The position numbers and the translations under genes were made by a program. A stretch of 63,575 bases of DNA, from contig JALUUK010000112.1 in NCBI GenBank assembly GCA_027021395.1, forward strand, positions 1 to 63,575. Direction: 5' to 3'. This document shows, one piece after another, positions 27,411 to 37,691 of the stretch (within the stretch, counting starts at the first letter, position 1; each line of letters opens with the position of its first letter). This DNA is from Acidobacteriota bacterium. GTDB taxonomy: Bacteria > Acidobacteriota > Polarisedimenticolia > J045. The notes beneath the pieces were generated by a model. It was not told the origin of the DNA, did no database searches, and was given only the letters and a program-made list of their open reading frames with translations.

Positions 27411-28658
27411 ATGCCAAGCGAACGGTGGTTGAAGCGTCGGGCGGAGCGGGCGGCGCAGCAGCGCGTCTACACCCAGCCCGTGCAGTGGCGATCTTCACGC
27501 GAGATTGATTACAAGTGCATCTACCGAAGTTCCACCCCGCTGACGAAAGAGCAGAAGCAGGAGATATTCATGGGCTGCAAGGGATGCGGTCCAGAAATCT
27601 TCTGGTGCTCGAACCCGGAACTCAAGATCGACGGGGAAGACGCACTCTGTTCCGTCTACACACCGTCGAAGTATGAGGAGGTCCACCTGTGCCGGCGGTG
27701 CGAGAAGCGGGACACCGGTGAGCCAAAACCGCCGTTTTCACTCATCCAGAAAACACCGATCGGCAAGAACTACCACATATCAGGATGGCCTTATGCGTAC
27801 GCTTCCTTGAAGCGCCTGTCGAAGCCGGGCGGGATCATTCTGGACGATTTCATCGAGCAGAACTGGTCGTATCGCAAGGATCCGATTGTCTACGACGAGC
27901 CGTGGGTTGGCATATTCCACCATCCGCCGGACCCGCCGGAGTTCAGCCATCCGCGCGAGTGGCTGAAGCTCATATTCGAGAAGGATATATGGCAGGAAGC
28001 GCGGAAGCATCTGCGTCTTGCGATTGCTCTGTCAGACTATTTGGCATCGTGGCTTCGCACGAAACTCCCGTGTCCTGTCGTGAGCATCAAGCATCCGTGC
28101 GAGATCCCGGCAAACGGATGGAGACCGGACAAATGGCGCAGCGGTGACAACCGGATGATCGTTTGCGTCGGGGTGTACCTGCGCAATACGCGGGTTCTGC
28201 ACCAAGCCGACATCGGACCTGACATAGCGAAGTTGCGTTTGCTCCCTCGCAAGCCGCACGTCTTCGAGTGGGACAGCAAGGTTCGCAACTACTGGGAGGC
28301 GAACGGCAGGCATGAGGTGTCGTCGGTTGCGACGATCGGGTACGTTGACAACAGCACGTACGAAGCGCTGTTGTGCGAGAACGTAATCATAACGGAGTTG
28401 TTCGACGCGAGCGCGAACAACGTCGTGATCGATTGCATAGCGAGGAACACGCCGCTTTTGGTGAATCGCCATCCTGCGGTCGTGGACTATCTTGGACCGG
28501 ATTATCCGCTATACTTCAACGAGCCTGGCGAGATCGACGGACTTTTGCGTACGAAGGTGCTCGACGCGCACGAGTATTTGCGTTCGATGGACAAGCGATG
28601 GATGGACGGCGACCGGTTTGCTTTATCGGTTGCCGAGGCGATCAGGAGCCATATCTGA
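27411..28658 (+). CDS. putative glycosyltransferase with N-terminal Cys-rich segment
   Basis: 415 aa. The C-terminal ..ELFDASANNVVIDCIARNTPLLVNRHPAVVDYLGPDYPLYF.. resembles the GT-B C-terminal nucleotide-sugar-binding region. N-terminus carries CKGCG..C..C..CRRC. Confidence 0.4.
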   Translation: MPSERWLKRRAERAAQQRVYTQPVQWRSSREIDYKCIYRSSTPLTKEQKQEIFMGCKGCGPEIFWCSNPELKIDGEDALCSVYTPSKYEEVHLCRRCEKRDTGEPKPPFSLIQKTPIGKNYHISGWPYAYASLKRLSKPGGIILDDFIEQNWSYRKDPIVYDEPWVGIFHHPPDPPEFSHPREWLKLIFEKDIWQEARKHLRLAIALSDYLASWLRTKLPCPVVSIKHPCEIPANGWRPDKWRSGDNRMIVCVGVYLRNTRVLHQADIGPDIAKLRLLPRKPHVFEWDSKVRNYWEANGRHEVSSVATIGYVDNSTYEALLCENVIITELFDASANNVVIDCIARNTPLLVNRHPAVVDYLGPDYPLYFNEPGEIDGLLRTKVLDAHEYLRSMDKRWMDGDRFALSVAEAIRSHI

Positions 28659-29653
28659 TGAACTTTTGCAGGCGGCCGTTTTTCACATTGCAGCTAAACA
28701 ACAAAGGCGATGCCAGGACGTGTTGCGGCGCCTGGATCAGCAGAAAGATCGGCGACTGGCGCAGGCAGACGCTTGACGAGATATGGACGGGCAAGGCTGC
28801 CCAGGAGGTGCGTCAGAGCATCGTGGACGGCAGGTTCACATGGTGCAATCGCGAGTGGTGCGAGGTTCTTCAGAACCCAAACCATGCGTTGCGCAACACC
28901 GATGGATTCGAGGCGAATGTAGTCAATCCTCCGCTGACGCGAATATCGTTGAACATCGAGGGCGCATGCAATCTCGCCTGTCCATTTTGCAGGCATTCAT
29001 TCATGAAGGGGCAGCCGATCCCAGACGATCACCCCATGATGCGTCTGTCGCGCGAGGTGGTTGAGAGGTTCAACACGACAAACGGGGTCACGATTGTGCT
29101 GGTTGGAGCAGGCGAGCCGATGATGCAGAGGACATCGGCTTACATACTGAACAGCATCAAAAGGACGGACGCGAACGGCAACAACAGGATCCACCTCGTT
29201 ACGAACGGTACGCTGCTTGCAAGGAGGTGGCCGAAGTTCGTGAACGCGAGGGAGTTCAGGCGCGTATGCACGATTGCGACAGATGCCGGGACAAAGGAGA
29301 CGTACGAGATCAATCGCCGCGGTGGGAAGTGGCACGATTTGATGCAGGGCATCTCTTTTGCGGTGTCCGAGTTTGATCACGTTTCACTGACGTACATCGT
29401 CCAGGCGAACAATTACAAGGAAGCACCTCGTCTTGTTCGCATCGCCGAGGATTTTGGTTGCGACGCGGTTCAATTTTGCAAGCTGATCAATCGCGGGACA
29501 TTCACGGACCAGGAGTACAGGAAGCGTGCCGTCCATTTCAAGGATCATCCAGAGCACGAAGAGTTCCTTGCAGTGTTTCGGGATCTGAAGTCATACAGCG
29601 TGCGTGTTGACTTGCGCAATCTCACGGGAACAGTAAAGGGGTGTTCAGCATGA
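28658..29653 (+). CDS. radical SAM enzyme with Cys-rich auxiliary (SPASM/twitch-like) segment
   Basis: 331 aa from ATG 28658 (TGATG overlap). Canonical CxxxCxxC motif (EGACNLACPFC). Further motifs GAGEPMM and CCGAW..C..C. Confidence 0.75.
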   Translation: MNFCRRPFFTLQLNNKGDARTCCGAWISRKIGDWRRQTLDEIWTGKAAQEVRQSIVDGRFTWCNREWCEVLQNPNHALRNTDGFEANVVNPPLTRISLNIEGACNLACPFCRHSFMKGQPIPDDHPMMRLSREVVERFNTTNGVTIVLVGAGEPMMQRTSAYILNSIKRTDANGNNRIHLVTNGTLLARRWPKFVNAREFRRVCTIATDAGTKETYEINRRGGKWHDLMQGISFAVSEFDHVSLTYIVQANNYKEAPRLVRIAEDFGCDAVQFCKLINRGTFTDQEYRKRAVHFKDHPEHEEFLAVFRDLKSYSVRVDLRNLTGTVKGCSA

Positions 29654-30279
29654 CCCCGCTATGGATAGCCGGAACACCGCGCACATGCTCGCAGGTCTTG
29701 TGCGACATGCTGAACCAGACAGGCATGTTCGACCCGATATTCAGCGAGTGGTACAACAGCAACGAGTTCGACGAGTTTCCGAAGACGCCACCGAAGTTCT
29801 GCAAGATATTCCCGAACCAGTACAAGGAGCATTTCGGGCACGACAGGTTCGACATCATCGAAGAGCAGCTTCCCGGCATTCGATGGGTCTACCTGACAAG
29901 ACGTGACAAGATCGCGCAGACAGCAAGCGTTGTGATCGCCAACAACTCAGGGGTTTGGAATTGCGGGGATTCCAACGAGAAGCAGAAGGAGAAGTACAAG
30001 GCATTTGCAGGCGAAGTGAGCGACAAGGAGCTGATCGGCAACTACCGATGGCTCGTATCCATGGACGCGACGCTGGACAAGTTCTTCCGCACGCGCAGCC
30101 ACCTTCGACTGGTGTGCGAGGACATCAAGCGCGACCCCGCCAGCGCCGCAAGGACCATTTTGGGCTACATCGGCAGCGACGGCGAGTTCAACATCAAACC
30201 GCGTTTGGCGGTGCTTGAGAACCCGATGCGTGAAGAGCTGATGCGGCGGCTGCGCAAACTGATAAGGAGGATGCGTTAA
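29650..30279 (+). CDS. sulfotransferase (Stf0-like)
   Basis: 209 aa from ATG 29650 (ATGA overlap). 5'-PSB-like IAGTPRTCS and 3'-PB-like RWVYLTRRDKIAQTASVVIA. Confidence 0.6.
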   Translation: MTPLWIAGTPRTCSQVLCDMLNQTGMFDPIFSEWYNSNEFDEFPKTPPKFCKIFPNQYKEHFGHDRFDIIEEQLPGIRWVYLTRRDKIAQTASVVIANNSGVWNCGDSNEKQKEKYKAFAGEVSDKELIGNYRWLVSMDATLDKFFRTRSHLRLVCEDIKRDPASAARTILGYIGSDGEFNIKPRLAVLENPMREELMRRLRKLIRRMR

Positions 30280-30986
30280 TGGACAGGTTCAAGCGATACC
30301 TCGAAGTTGCAGACCAGATGCACGGGTGGTTCGACGTAGGGTGCGTCAAGATGTTCGACGCGATCGACAAGGCGCAGCGGTCGCTCGGTGTGCGCGGCAA
30401 CATCGGCGAGATCGGGATTTACACCGGCAGGAGCTTCATTCCGCTGTGCCTCCTGGCGCAGGATGGCGAGCGGGCGGTCGGGATCGACTGTTTCAGCAGG
30501 CAGGAGCTGAACCTATCCGGCTCCGGTTTCACGCCTGGGATGAACGACCGGAAGATATTCGAGCGGCACGCACGCAGCGTCCTTGACGACATGGATGGCA
30601 TCGTGGTCATCGAGGGCAACGCCTACAAGATGGAATCCAGGGACTACGTGAACGCCGGCGGCGGTCCGTTCCGCATCTGGCACATTGACGGCGGGCACGA
30701 TTGGCTTGAGACGAACCACGATCTGAACGCATGTTTCGGGTGCCTCGTCGGAAAGGGCGTGGTGATCGTAGACGATGTGTTCAACAAGGAGTGGCCGGAG
30801 GTGGCTCGGGCGATGTATGCGTTTGTCGGCGACGGTGCCCGCGTTTCTCCGCTTGCGTACGGGTACGGGAAGGCTGTTCTGTGCTTCCGCAACGACCATG
30901 AGGTTCTTCGCAGCGCTTTGGCACGCGACGGACGGCATTCCGGCTTTGCCAAGTGCTGCGGTGTGAAAGCGCTGTTGTATCAATGA
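30279..30986 (+). CDS. class I SAM-dependent methyltransferase (TylF/CmcI-like)
   Basis: 235 aa. GEIGIYTGRS (SAM-binding Gly loop), AVGIDCF, WHIDGGHDW, VIVDDVF. Confidence 0.65.
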   Translation: MDRFKRYLEVADQMHGWFDVGCVKMFDAIDKAQRSLGVRGNIGEIGIYTGRSFIPLCLLAQDGERAVGIDCFSRQELNLSGSGFTPGMNDRKIFERHARSVLDDMDGIVVIEGNAYKMESRDYVNAGGGPFRIWHIDGGHDWLETNHDLNACFGCLVGKGVVIVDDVFNKEWPEVARAMYAFVGDGARVSPLAYGYGKAVLCFRNDHEVLRSALARDGRHSGFAKCCGVKALLYQ

Positions 30987-31639
30987 GCGTTTATTTTTGG
31001 AACGGGAAGCTGCTGTTTCGGAATGGCAAGCTGGCGAAGGGACCGGCGTGCTGCTGTACAGCCTGCGACCCGTTGGATTACGGTTTGTACCCGACTGGTC
31101 ACGGCTTGACGGTTGTTGGCGACACGGAGCTGCATTGGCAATCCGTATGTGACACATGGTGTTTATGCCCGGCAGGCAGTTGGCAGCCATGCCGCATTTG
31201 GAACGACTGCGGCGTTGCGAAGTGGCTTGCCCCGGACTACAACTGCGACGCTTTGCATCCTGCGCAGGATTTCACGGCGAAGCTGGATTTCACGGTTCCG
31301 GACCCGCCGAGCACGATGTGGACGTTCACGGGCAGGGTTTTGGCGGACAATGCGATCTTGTGGGTGAAGCTGAACGGCACGGATTTGGGCGTGAACTGCG
31401 AGCCGCCGAACACATTGACGGACGCGCAGAAGTGCTTCACGTGCTGGTCGGAGTTCCTGATCGGCCCGTCGAACGCGATGGTTCAGGGTGCGAACACGCT
31501 GGAGATCCAGATGCGCAACTACCCATATCCGGGTACATCGGACCCGAGCCCGATGGGTTACGCCGTATTCTTCGAGTGCGGCGACACTCGCGGGCAATCG
31601 CGATGCGATCTCCCGTCGAGCAGCACATGCGACGCATGA
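30983..31639 (+). CDS. Cys-rich hypothetical protein
   Basis: 218 aa from ATG 30983 (ATGA overlap). Contains CCCTAC and several further Cys residues. The C-terminal part is beta-rich. Confidence 0.45.
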   Translation: MSVYFWNGKLLFRNGKLAKGPACCCTACDPLDYGLYPTGHGLTVVGDTELHWQSVCDTWCLCPAGSWQPCRIWNDCGVAKWLAPDYNCDALHPAQDFTAKLDFTVPDPPSTMWTFTGRVLADNAILWVKLNGTDLGVNCEPPNTLTDAQKCFTCWSEFLIGPSNAMVQGANTLEIQMRNYPYPGTSDPSPMGYAVFFECGDTRGQSRCDLPSSSTCDA

Positions 31640-31669
31640 TTGGCGACATGCGTCATGGCTTGGTAGAAT
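31631..31669 (+). promoter_or_regulatory. Internal sigma70-like promoter overlapped by an 8-bp inverted repeat
   Basis: TTGGCG (31640-31645)-18 nt-TAGAAT (31664-31669), upstream of 31697. Inverted repeat gacgcatg (31631-31638) / catgcgtc (31647-31654) spans the -35 hexamer. Confidence 0.4.
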
Positions 31670-31696
31670 GGAATCATTGGATACAAGGAGCTGATC

Positions 31697-33085
31697 ATGG
31701 CCAAAAAGAAGGATAACAAGTCGATCGTTGCTCGCAGCCGCCGCATCTACGGCGGGCTGTATCCGGGCGGCGTGAGCAGGGTGAGGGCACCTAGCACAGC
31801 GCCGCGCACAAGCGCGGCTGACATGTTCAAGTATTCATGGCAGGAGTTGAAGCGCGGCCTTGGTGGCATCCTGAAAGATTTCATTTCAGCTCCAAAAACT
31901 CCAGTTCCCAAAACTCCAGTGCGTGGAAAAACTGCTAGCGCGATCAGGGCAGGGATGGCGCCGGTATCCGTTGATGGCCAAACGTACTACCGGCAGCGAT
32001 TGCAGCCGACGTACGGCGCGACAACCAGCGCGAACAAGTTTTTCTCACGCCAGACGACGCCTGTCGGTGCAGGCAGGATGTCAAGCGGCATGACGACCGG
32101 CGGCGCGTTCGGTACTCCGCTGATGGTCGGCAGCAACCTGGCTGTCCCGCCTGCGAAGCCGAAGCAGCAGATGTTGCCTGCCACAGAGAGGTATGCCCGC
32201 GCGAAAGATTGGTCGGCGAGGGAGTTCGCTGGCGAGCCGGCTTACGTCAAAGGCCCCGACATCTCGATTGTCCCTGCGACGAGCGGAGAGCTTGTAGGCG
32301 GCGTGGCACCGCAGGACAACCGGAAGGCACTGATCCGCATCGACTGGCGCGGTGTCGAGCCGAAGGCTGGGCATCGAGCGCAGATGGAGGCGTCCAGGCG
32401 TTCTGCGCTTCAGCGTTTGCGCGAGAACCCCAAGTTCGTAGAGCATGAGGCGCGCCAGCAGGAGGCGAGGTCTGCCGAGGCGCGGGCGGCGGCGTTGACC
32501 AGGATGCGTGAGCAGCGAGCCGCGCGTGACGCCGCGAGACGGGCAGCGGCGCAAGAGCAGTGGATGCTCGGCATGGCTTCGAGGAACCCTTCGATTGCCT
32601 CGTTGATCCGGCAGAGGCTTCAAGCGGGCGGTCAGGTTGCCGCCGCGCAGGAGAAAGCCAAGACATTGGAGCGCATCGAGCAGATGAGGCAGGAAGGCGA
32701 GGCGGCAAGGCAGCGGGATCTGTTGGACTTCTACCGCGAGCAGGGGACTACGGATCCGGAGCAGAAGATTGCGATGCAATCCGCGGCGACGAGCATTTAC
32801 GAGCGAGCCATTGCGAGCGGTGCCACTCCGTACCAAGCAAACATGGCAGCGAGAGAGTTTTATCCTGAGTTCGTCGCGCCTGCGAGCCCGGAGGAGCTTG
32901 CGAGAGAGGAGCCAGCCCCATCGCTATTGGATAGGATAAGGAAACCTGAGTTTTGGATTGACGCATCCTACGCCCCGCTCACACCGCTATTTTCTAGGTT
33001 AGAACGATGGCGATCTTCGAGAACTCGCAGGCGTGAGCCGGTGACATCCGGTGCTCCATCCACACCATCAACCATCGGGAGGTGA
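31697..33085 (+). CDS. internal virion / ejection-type protein candidate
   Basis: 462 aa, basic, with Ala/Arg/Gln-rich coiled coils. Precedes the 1413-aa protein. Confidence 0.35.
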   Translation: MAKKKDNKSIVARSRRIYGGLYPGGVSRVRAPSTAPRTSAADMFKYSWQELKRGLGGILKDFISAPKTPVPKTPVRGKTASAIRAGMAPVSVDGQTYYRQRLQPTYGATTSANKFFSRQTTPVGAGRMSSGMTTGGAFGTPLMVGSNLAVPPAKPKQQMLPATERYARAKDWSAREFAGEPAYVKGPDISIVPATSGELVGGVAPQDNRKALIRIDWRGVEPKAGHRAQMEASRRSALQRLRENPKFVEHEARQQEARSAEARAAALTRMREQRAARDAARRAAAQEQWMLGMASRNPSIASLIRQRLQAGGQVAAAQEKAKTLERIEQMRQEGEAARQRDLLDFYREQGTTDPEQKIAMQSAATSIYERAIASGATPYQANMAAREFYPEFVAPASPEELAREEPAPSLLDRIRKPEFWIDASYAPLTPLFSRLERWRSSRTRRREPVTSGAPSTPSTIGR

Positions 33086-33088
33086 TGC

Positions 33089-36000
33089 ATGCCTCTCGCG
33101 CTAGACATATCCCCAAAGCCGCCGCCGCTTGAATCCATCATTCCGACATTGCGCGATCCATTCCAGCTGCGACGCAGGGCTGATGAAACACGCTTCTATC
33201 CCGAGCAGGAGGAATCCGTCCTGCGCACGCTCGGGCGCGGCTCGCTCGGCGCCATTGCAGGGCTTGGCAACCTGCTCGACGTTCCGGGCTCAATGGTGCG
33301 TGACATCGTTTCGACGATCGCAGGCAAGCCGGAGAACCCGTTCGATCAGCTTCTCCCGTGGAACTGGTTCACCGACGAGGGCAGAATATCCGACCGCGAA
33401 TTTGCGAGGCGGCTTGGCATCGTCGGCAGAAACAAGCCCGGTCTTGATGTCGGGGACGTAGGCGCCTTCGTAGTCGGCAGGCTGTTTGACCCGCTCACAT
33501 ACATGACGCTTGGCGGGTCTGCGTTGACAAGCGGCGGGCGTGCTGCACGGGCTGCCGGGCTCTTAGAGGATGTTGGGCGTGTCTCAGGCTTTGGCAAGCG
33601 CCTCGGTCGCATGGTGCTGACGCCGAAGGCGTTGATCGAAGCGCCTGGGCTCAGTGCGGCAGAAAAGGCGACGCGGCTTTCGAAGTTCATGACCGCCGGC
33701 GGGACGGAGGAGATGCTTGGCAAGCCGCTCGGCGGGCTGATCGGCATCGGGCTTCCGTTCAAGGCGCCGGCTTTCGTGGTCGGCAGGGCGGAAAGCCCCG
33801 TGTCCCGTGCCGTTGCATCTGCAATGGACTGGACAGGCGAGGCGATCGCCGGGACTGCGCCGGTGCGGTACGCACGCGCCCTGTTCAGCCCGAAGATGCT
33901 CGGCGGTGTCGTATCTCGCACGGCGCAGAAGCTTGCGCCGAAGCTGACGCGGGGAATCGAGGAGGGCAAGGCGCAAGCCCTGTATGACTTCTCGGCGGTG
34001 ATTGAGGATCCGGACGTTGCCAGGTATTTCGACTTCGGCACGGTTCGGCGCGAGATGTTCCCGACGCTGAAGGGCGATGATGCCATAAAGGCTGTTGGTC
34101 GCGTGCTGAACGAGCGAGGCTTGAAGGCGTTGCGGTACGTCGAGGGCGTTTCTGATGACATACCGTTGCCTGGCGATCCTGCGATTGCGAACAAGGTGCG
34201 CAAAGCGCTCGACATCGGGCGCAAGCTCAACAGGGCAGAGAATCTGCTGGAGCGACAAGTCGGGCTTGACAGCAAATGGCTCGACGACATCTTCGTTGAA
34301 CACTGGTCGCGTCAGCGGTTCCGGTTCCCAGGCGCTCCCAAGGGTCCAGGCGGCCGCGGCGGCCGGCTGTTCCCGATGAGCCACGGGTTTCAGAAGCCGC
34401 GCCTTGACTTCATGCGCAACATCCCAGGCGGGACGGCGACGTTGCAGGAGATGTCCCTGGACCCGCGGATCAGCGGTTATGCATACCGCAAGGCGGCCGG
34501 CATCGACCCGCTGGCAGAGTTGGACGATGCGGCAGAGGCGATCCTGAAGAACCCATCCCGTCTTGGCGCACCGAAGCTGGAGAAGGAGGAGCTGGACGAT
34601 CTTGTGCGGTACGTCAAGGAGCGGTACGGACCGCAACTCCAGAAGGAAGTCGGGATCCGCGGCGAGACGGTCGGGGTGAGCGATGAGAACATCCGCAAGC
34701 TGACGCAGTACATCGCGATGCTGGATCCCAGGCACGCTTTGTACGAGATCCCGATGTTCGAGCGCAACCCGTTCGCCGTGCTCCAGGCGCGTATCAGCTA
34801 CGGTCGGCAGGCGGCTGAGACGTTCAAGGCGGCGCAGCGGCTGATGGCAGAGACGGCGGTGCATAGCGACGAGGCGGCGCCTGGCGCATCGCGGTCCGTG
34901 CTCGAGGGCTTGCAGGAAATGCTCCGCAAGCAGCGTCCGGACGAGATCCCCGAGCAGGCGAAGATCGCCATGATCGAGCGGTTGAAGGAGACGCCGCGCA
35001 CACGGGAGCTTGTCGAGCGCGTGGAGCAGGAGGTTGCGAGGGACATCGAGCCGTTGCGTAGGCGTGCGGCTGTCGAGGCGACCATCAAAGCGGAGGATAT
35101 GGCGTCGAAGTTCGGCGAGAAGGCGGCGAAATACTACGAGGGGATCGACAAGGCGATGCGTCCGCTGCAAGAGCAGCAGGCGTTGCTGAAGGCGTACAGT
35201 GCGCTTGACCAGGTTCGGCAGGCGGCGGGCGACGTTGCTGGAGGCGTTGTCCCTGTCGAGCAGGGCTTGCGCGACATGAAGGCGCTCGCCGAAGTGCTGG
35301 ATCCGCTGCGTGAGATGTTCGCCGAAAGACCGGCGGTTGCAAACATGGTGGAGAGGGTCAAATCGCTGGTGGACAACATCGCGGACAGGGTGACCGACAA
35401 GAGCGGTGCCGTCGATCTAGTGAAGGCGGAAGAAGCGATGGGGCTCTTGCAGAAGGCCATCTCGCGAGTATCAGGCGAGATCCGCAAGACGCTCCGCGCG
35501 ACGAAGCATGACAAGAGCATCTACGCCGCTGTCGAACAGGCGGAGAAGCTGCTGGGAAAGACGGCGGCAGACGCAGTGAAAACGGCGGAACGCGGTGTTT
35601 CGCGGTTCGGCGCAGAGCTGCCGGAGTCGTTCGTTGATGATGTCGTCGCAGATGCGGGGCAGTCGTTGGCTGGGATACGCAGAGCGCTTGGGGAAGCCGA
35701 GCTCGAGAACATCGACCTGGCATCTGTCAGGCAGTCGGTCAAGGACGCCATCGACAAGATCACGGGGCGTGTCGGCGAGACGCTGAAATCATCCGCAGCC
35801 AGCGCGGTTCCAGAGCCGGACATCACCGGCGCGGTGCTGTCCCGCATCTATGTGCCCCAGGACCTCGTTGAAGACGCGACCCGCGTGGTGAACAAGATGA
35901 TCACCCCCGAGGCGATCGAGGGGTTCAGGGGGTTCCTGAAGCGGTTCCTGGCACATTGGAAGTCGTCGGTGACGCTCCCGTGGCCTGCGTTCCACTCGCG

Positions 36001-37330
36001 CAACCTCGTCAGCGCGTTGACCCGCAACTGGATGGCAGATGCGTTTGATCCAGAATCCTTGGCGCAGGCGTGGGCTCTGTACCGCGGCAAGGTTCCAAAG
36101 GGGCTTACCGACATTCCGATGTTCAAGGGCATGACGGACAAGGAAGCCGCCATTGAATTGAAGAAGTTGGCGTTTTCTCACGGTCTTGTGGATCCTGCCC
36201 AGGGCATGCATTTCACGGAGGAGACGACGCGGCGGATCGTCGGGTTGCCGGGCGACATGCCGTTTTTCCAGGGCGCGCCGCCGTGGACAACGCGGCTTGA
36301 ACGCATGAATCCGTTGCGGATTGAAACGTTCGCACCCTACCGGATCGGCGGAGATATTGCGAGAGGCATCGAATCGACAGTCCGGTTGCAGCCGTTCATC
36401 AACCTGCTGAAGAAGGGTTGGAGTCCAGAAGAGGCGGCTCGCAGGGTGAAGATGCTTCAGATCGACTACACTGCTAGGGCATTGGCGGACCCGACGCTTG
36501 AGCTTGTCTACCCGTTCGTCAAGTTCATGCGTGGTGTCGTGCCGTTCGTCGCCGAGGAGCTGACGACGAGACCTGGCGGGAAGATGGCGCAGATGATTCG
36601 TGCCATCGGGCAGGCGCATCAGGCGGAGCCGATCACGCCGCAGTACGTCGCGGAGACATCGAGCATCCCGGTTGCCGGCACGCCGCTTGAGATGCTGATC
36701 GGCAAGCCGCCTGCTGGCACAACGCGGTATCTGGCGGGTGCTGGGTTGATGTTCGAGGATCCGCTGTCGTTCCTGTCTGGTCCGAAGTCGGCAGGGCTTG
36801 AGCTTCTTAGCCGCATGAACCCGCTGATCAAGGCGCCGCTGGAATATCTGACGGGGCAATCGTTCTTCCAGCGCGGCGTTGCCGGCGGGCGACCGCTTGA
36901 GGATCTGGACCCTGTGATTGGCAGGACGATTGCGAACATCCGGGACATTGCCAGCGGCGGGAAGACCATCTACGCCGAGCCGGCGTTTGGTTCGCGCCTG
37001 TTCGAGACGGTCATTTCAAACGCCCCGCTTACGACCCGCTTGGCGACGACCGCGCGCACGCTGAGCGATCCGCGTAAGTCGTTGGCTGCCAAGGCGTTGC
37101 AGCTCCTTACTGGGTTCAGGATGATCGACGTATCCGAGGCAGCCAAGGACGCGATGATCCAGGAGCTTATCAGCGAGGAGCGCAAGCGGCTTGGCGGTCG
37201 CACGTTTACGAAGACGTACATCCCGGAGAGCCTGCTAGGTCGGATGACGCCTCAGCAGATGCTTGAGGCTGAGCGGCTTCGGATGCTTGAGAAGCTGTTG
37301 TATCAGCGGAAGAAGGCGAGGATGCAATAG
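33089..37330 (+). CDS. very large virion protein (internal core/ejection or tape-measure-like)
   Basis: 1413 aa, the last gene of the rightward arm. Long helical regions. Assigned by size and position. Confidence 0.4.
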   Translation: MPLALDISPKPPPLESIIPTLRDPFQLRRRADETRFYPEQEESVLRTLGRGSLGAIAGLGNLLDVPGSMVRDIVSTIAGKPENPFDQLLPWNWFTDEGRISDREFARRLGIVGRNKPGLDVGDVGAFVVGRLFDPLTYMTLGGSALTSGGRAARAAGLLEDVGRVSGFGKRLGRMVLTPKALIEAPGLSAAEKATRLSKFMTAGGTEEMLGKPLGGLIGIGLPFKAPAFVVGRAESPVSRAVASAMDWTGEAIAGTAPVRYARALFSPKMLGGVVSRTAQKLAPKLTRGIEEGKAQALYDFSAVIEDPDVARYFDFGTVRREMFPTLKGDDAIKAVGRVLNERGLKALRYVEGVSDDIPLPGDPAIANKVRKALDIGRKLNRAENLLERQVGLDSKWLDDIFVEHWSRQRFRFPGAPKGPGGRGGRLFPMSHGFQKPRLDFMRNIPGGTATLQEMSLDPRISGYAYRKAAGIDPLAELDDAAEAILKNPSRLGAPKLEKEELDDLVRYVKERYGPQLQKEVGIRGETVGVSDENIRKLTQYIAMLDPRHALYEIPMFERNPFAVLQARISYGRQAAETFKAAQRLMAETAVHSDEAAPGASRSVLEGLQEMLRKQRPDEIPEQAKIAMIERLKETPRTRELVERVEQEVARDIEPLRRRAAVEATIKAEDMASKFGEKAAKYYEGIDKAMRPLQEQQALLKAYSALDQVRQAAGDVAGGVVPVEQGLRDMKALAEVLDPLREMFAERPAVANMVERVKSLVDNIADRVTDKSGAVDLVKAEEAMGLLQKAISRVSGEIRKTLRATKHDKSIYAAVEQAEKLLGKTAADAVKTAERGVSRFGAELPESFVDDVVADAGQSLAGIRRALGEAELENIDLASVRQSVKDAIDKITGRVGETLKSSAASAVPEPDITGAVLSRIYVPQDLVEDATRVVNKMITPEAIEGFRGFLKRFLAHWKSSVTLPWPAFHSRNLVSALTRNWMADAFDPESLAQAWALYRGKVPKGLTDIPMFKGMTDKEAAIELKKLAFSHGLVDPAQGMHFTEETTRRIVGLPGDMPFFQGAPPWTTRLERMNPLRIETFAPYRIGGDIARGIESTVRLQPFINLLKKGWSPEEAARRVKMLQIDYTARALADPTLELVYPFVKFMRGVVPFVAEELTTRPGGKMAQMIRAIGQAHQAEPITPQYVAETSSIPVAGTPLEMLIGKPPAGTTRYLAGAGLMFEDPLSFLSGPKSAGLELLSRMNPLIKAPLEYLTGQSFFQRGVAGGRPLEDLDPVIGRTIANIRDIASGGKTIYAEPAFGSRLFETVISNAPLTTRLATTARTLSDPRKSLAAKALQLLTGFRMIDVSEAAKDAMIQELISEERKRLGGRTFTKTYIPESLLGRMTPQQMLEAERLRMLEKLLYQRKKARMQ

Positions 37331-37340
37331 CAGCCTGCGT

Positions 37341-37691
37341 TCACCGTGCTTCTTTCCTGTTGATCACCACCTTGAATGTCCGCCCGTCGGCTGGGAACGT
37401 GTCGAGCTTGCCGCCGGCGGTCTCGGTGACGAACCACGCGAAATAGGTTCCCGCGGTATCCACATCGGCATCTTGGAATGCGTACTGCACCTTGCCGTTT
37501 GCCGCGTCCGTCACGGTCACATTGCTGCTGGTGAGCGAGATCTTGGTTATCCCGTCTACCGATACCATGCAGAACTTGACGGTCAGCCCGGTCAGATCGA
37601 CGGCGGACAGATCCCCGTTCACATCCTTCTGCTTGAGCTGTGCCGCGAGCGGCGTTCGCGTATCGCCTTGGGTCATCGTGTGCACGGTCAT
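37341..37691 (-). CDS. BppU_N-like Ig-fold tail protein
   Basis: 116 aa. The pattern QGDTRTPL..DLTGLTVKF..VTDAANGKVQYAF..DTAGTYFAWF..FPADG..F matches the BppU N-terminal domain signature. Confidence 0.55.
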   Translation of the reverse strand: MTVHTMTQGDTRTPLAAQLKQKDVNGDLSAVDLTGLTVKFCMVSVDGITKISLTSSNVTVTDAANGKVQYAFQDADVDTAGTYFAWFVTETAGGKLDTFPADGRTFKVVINRKEAR

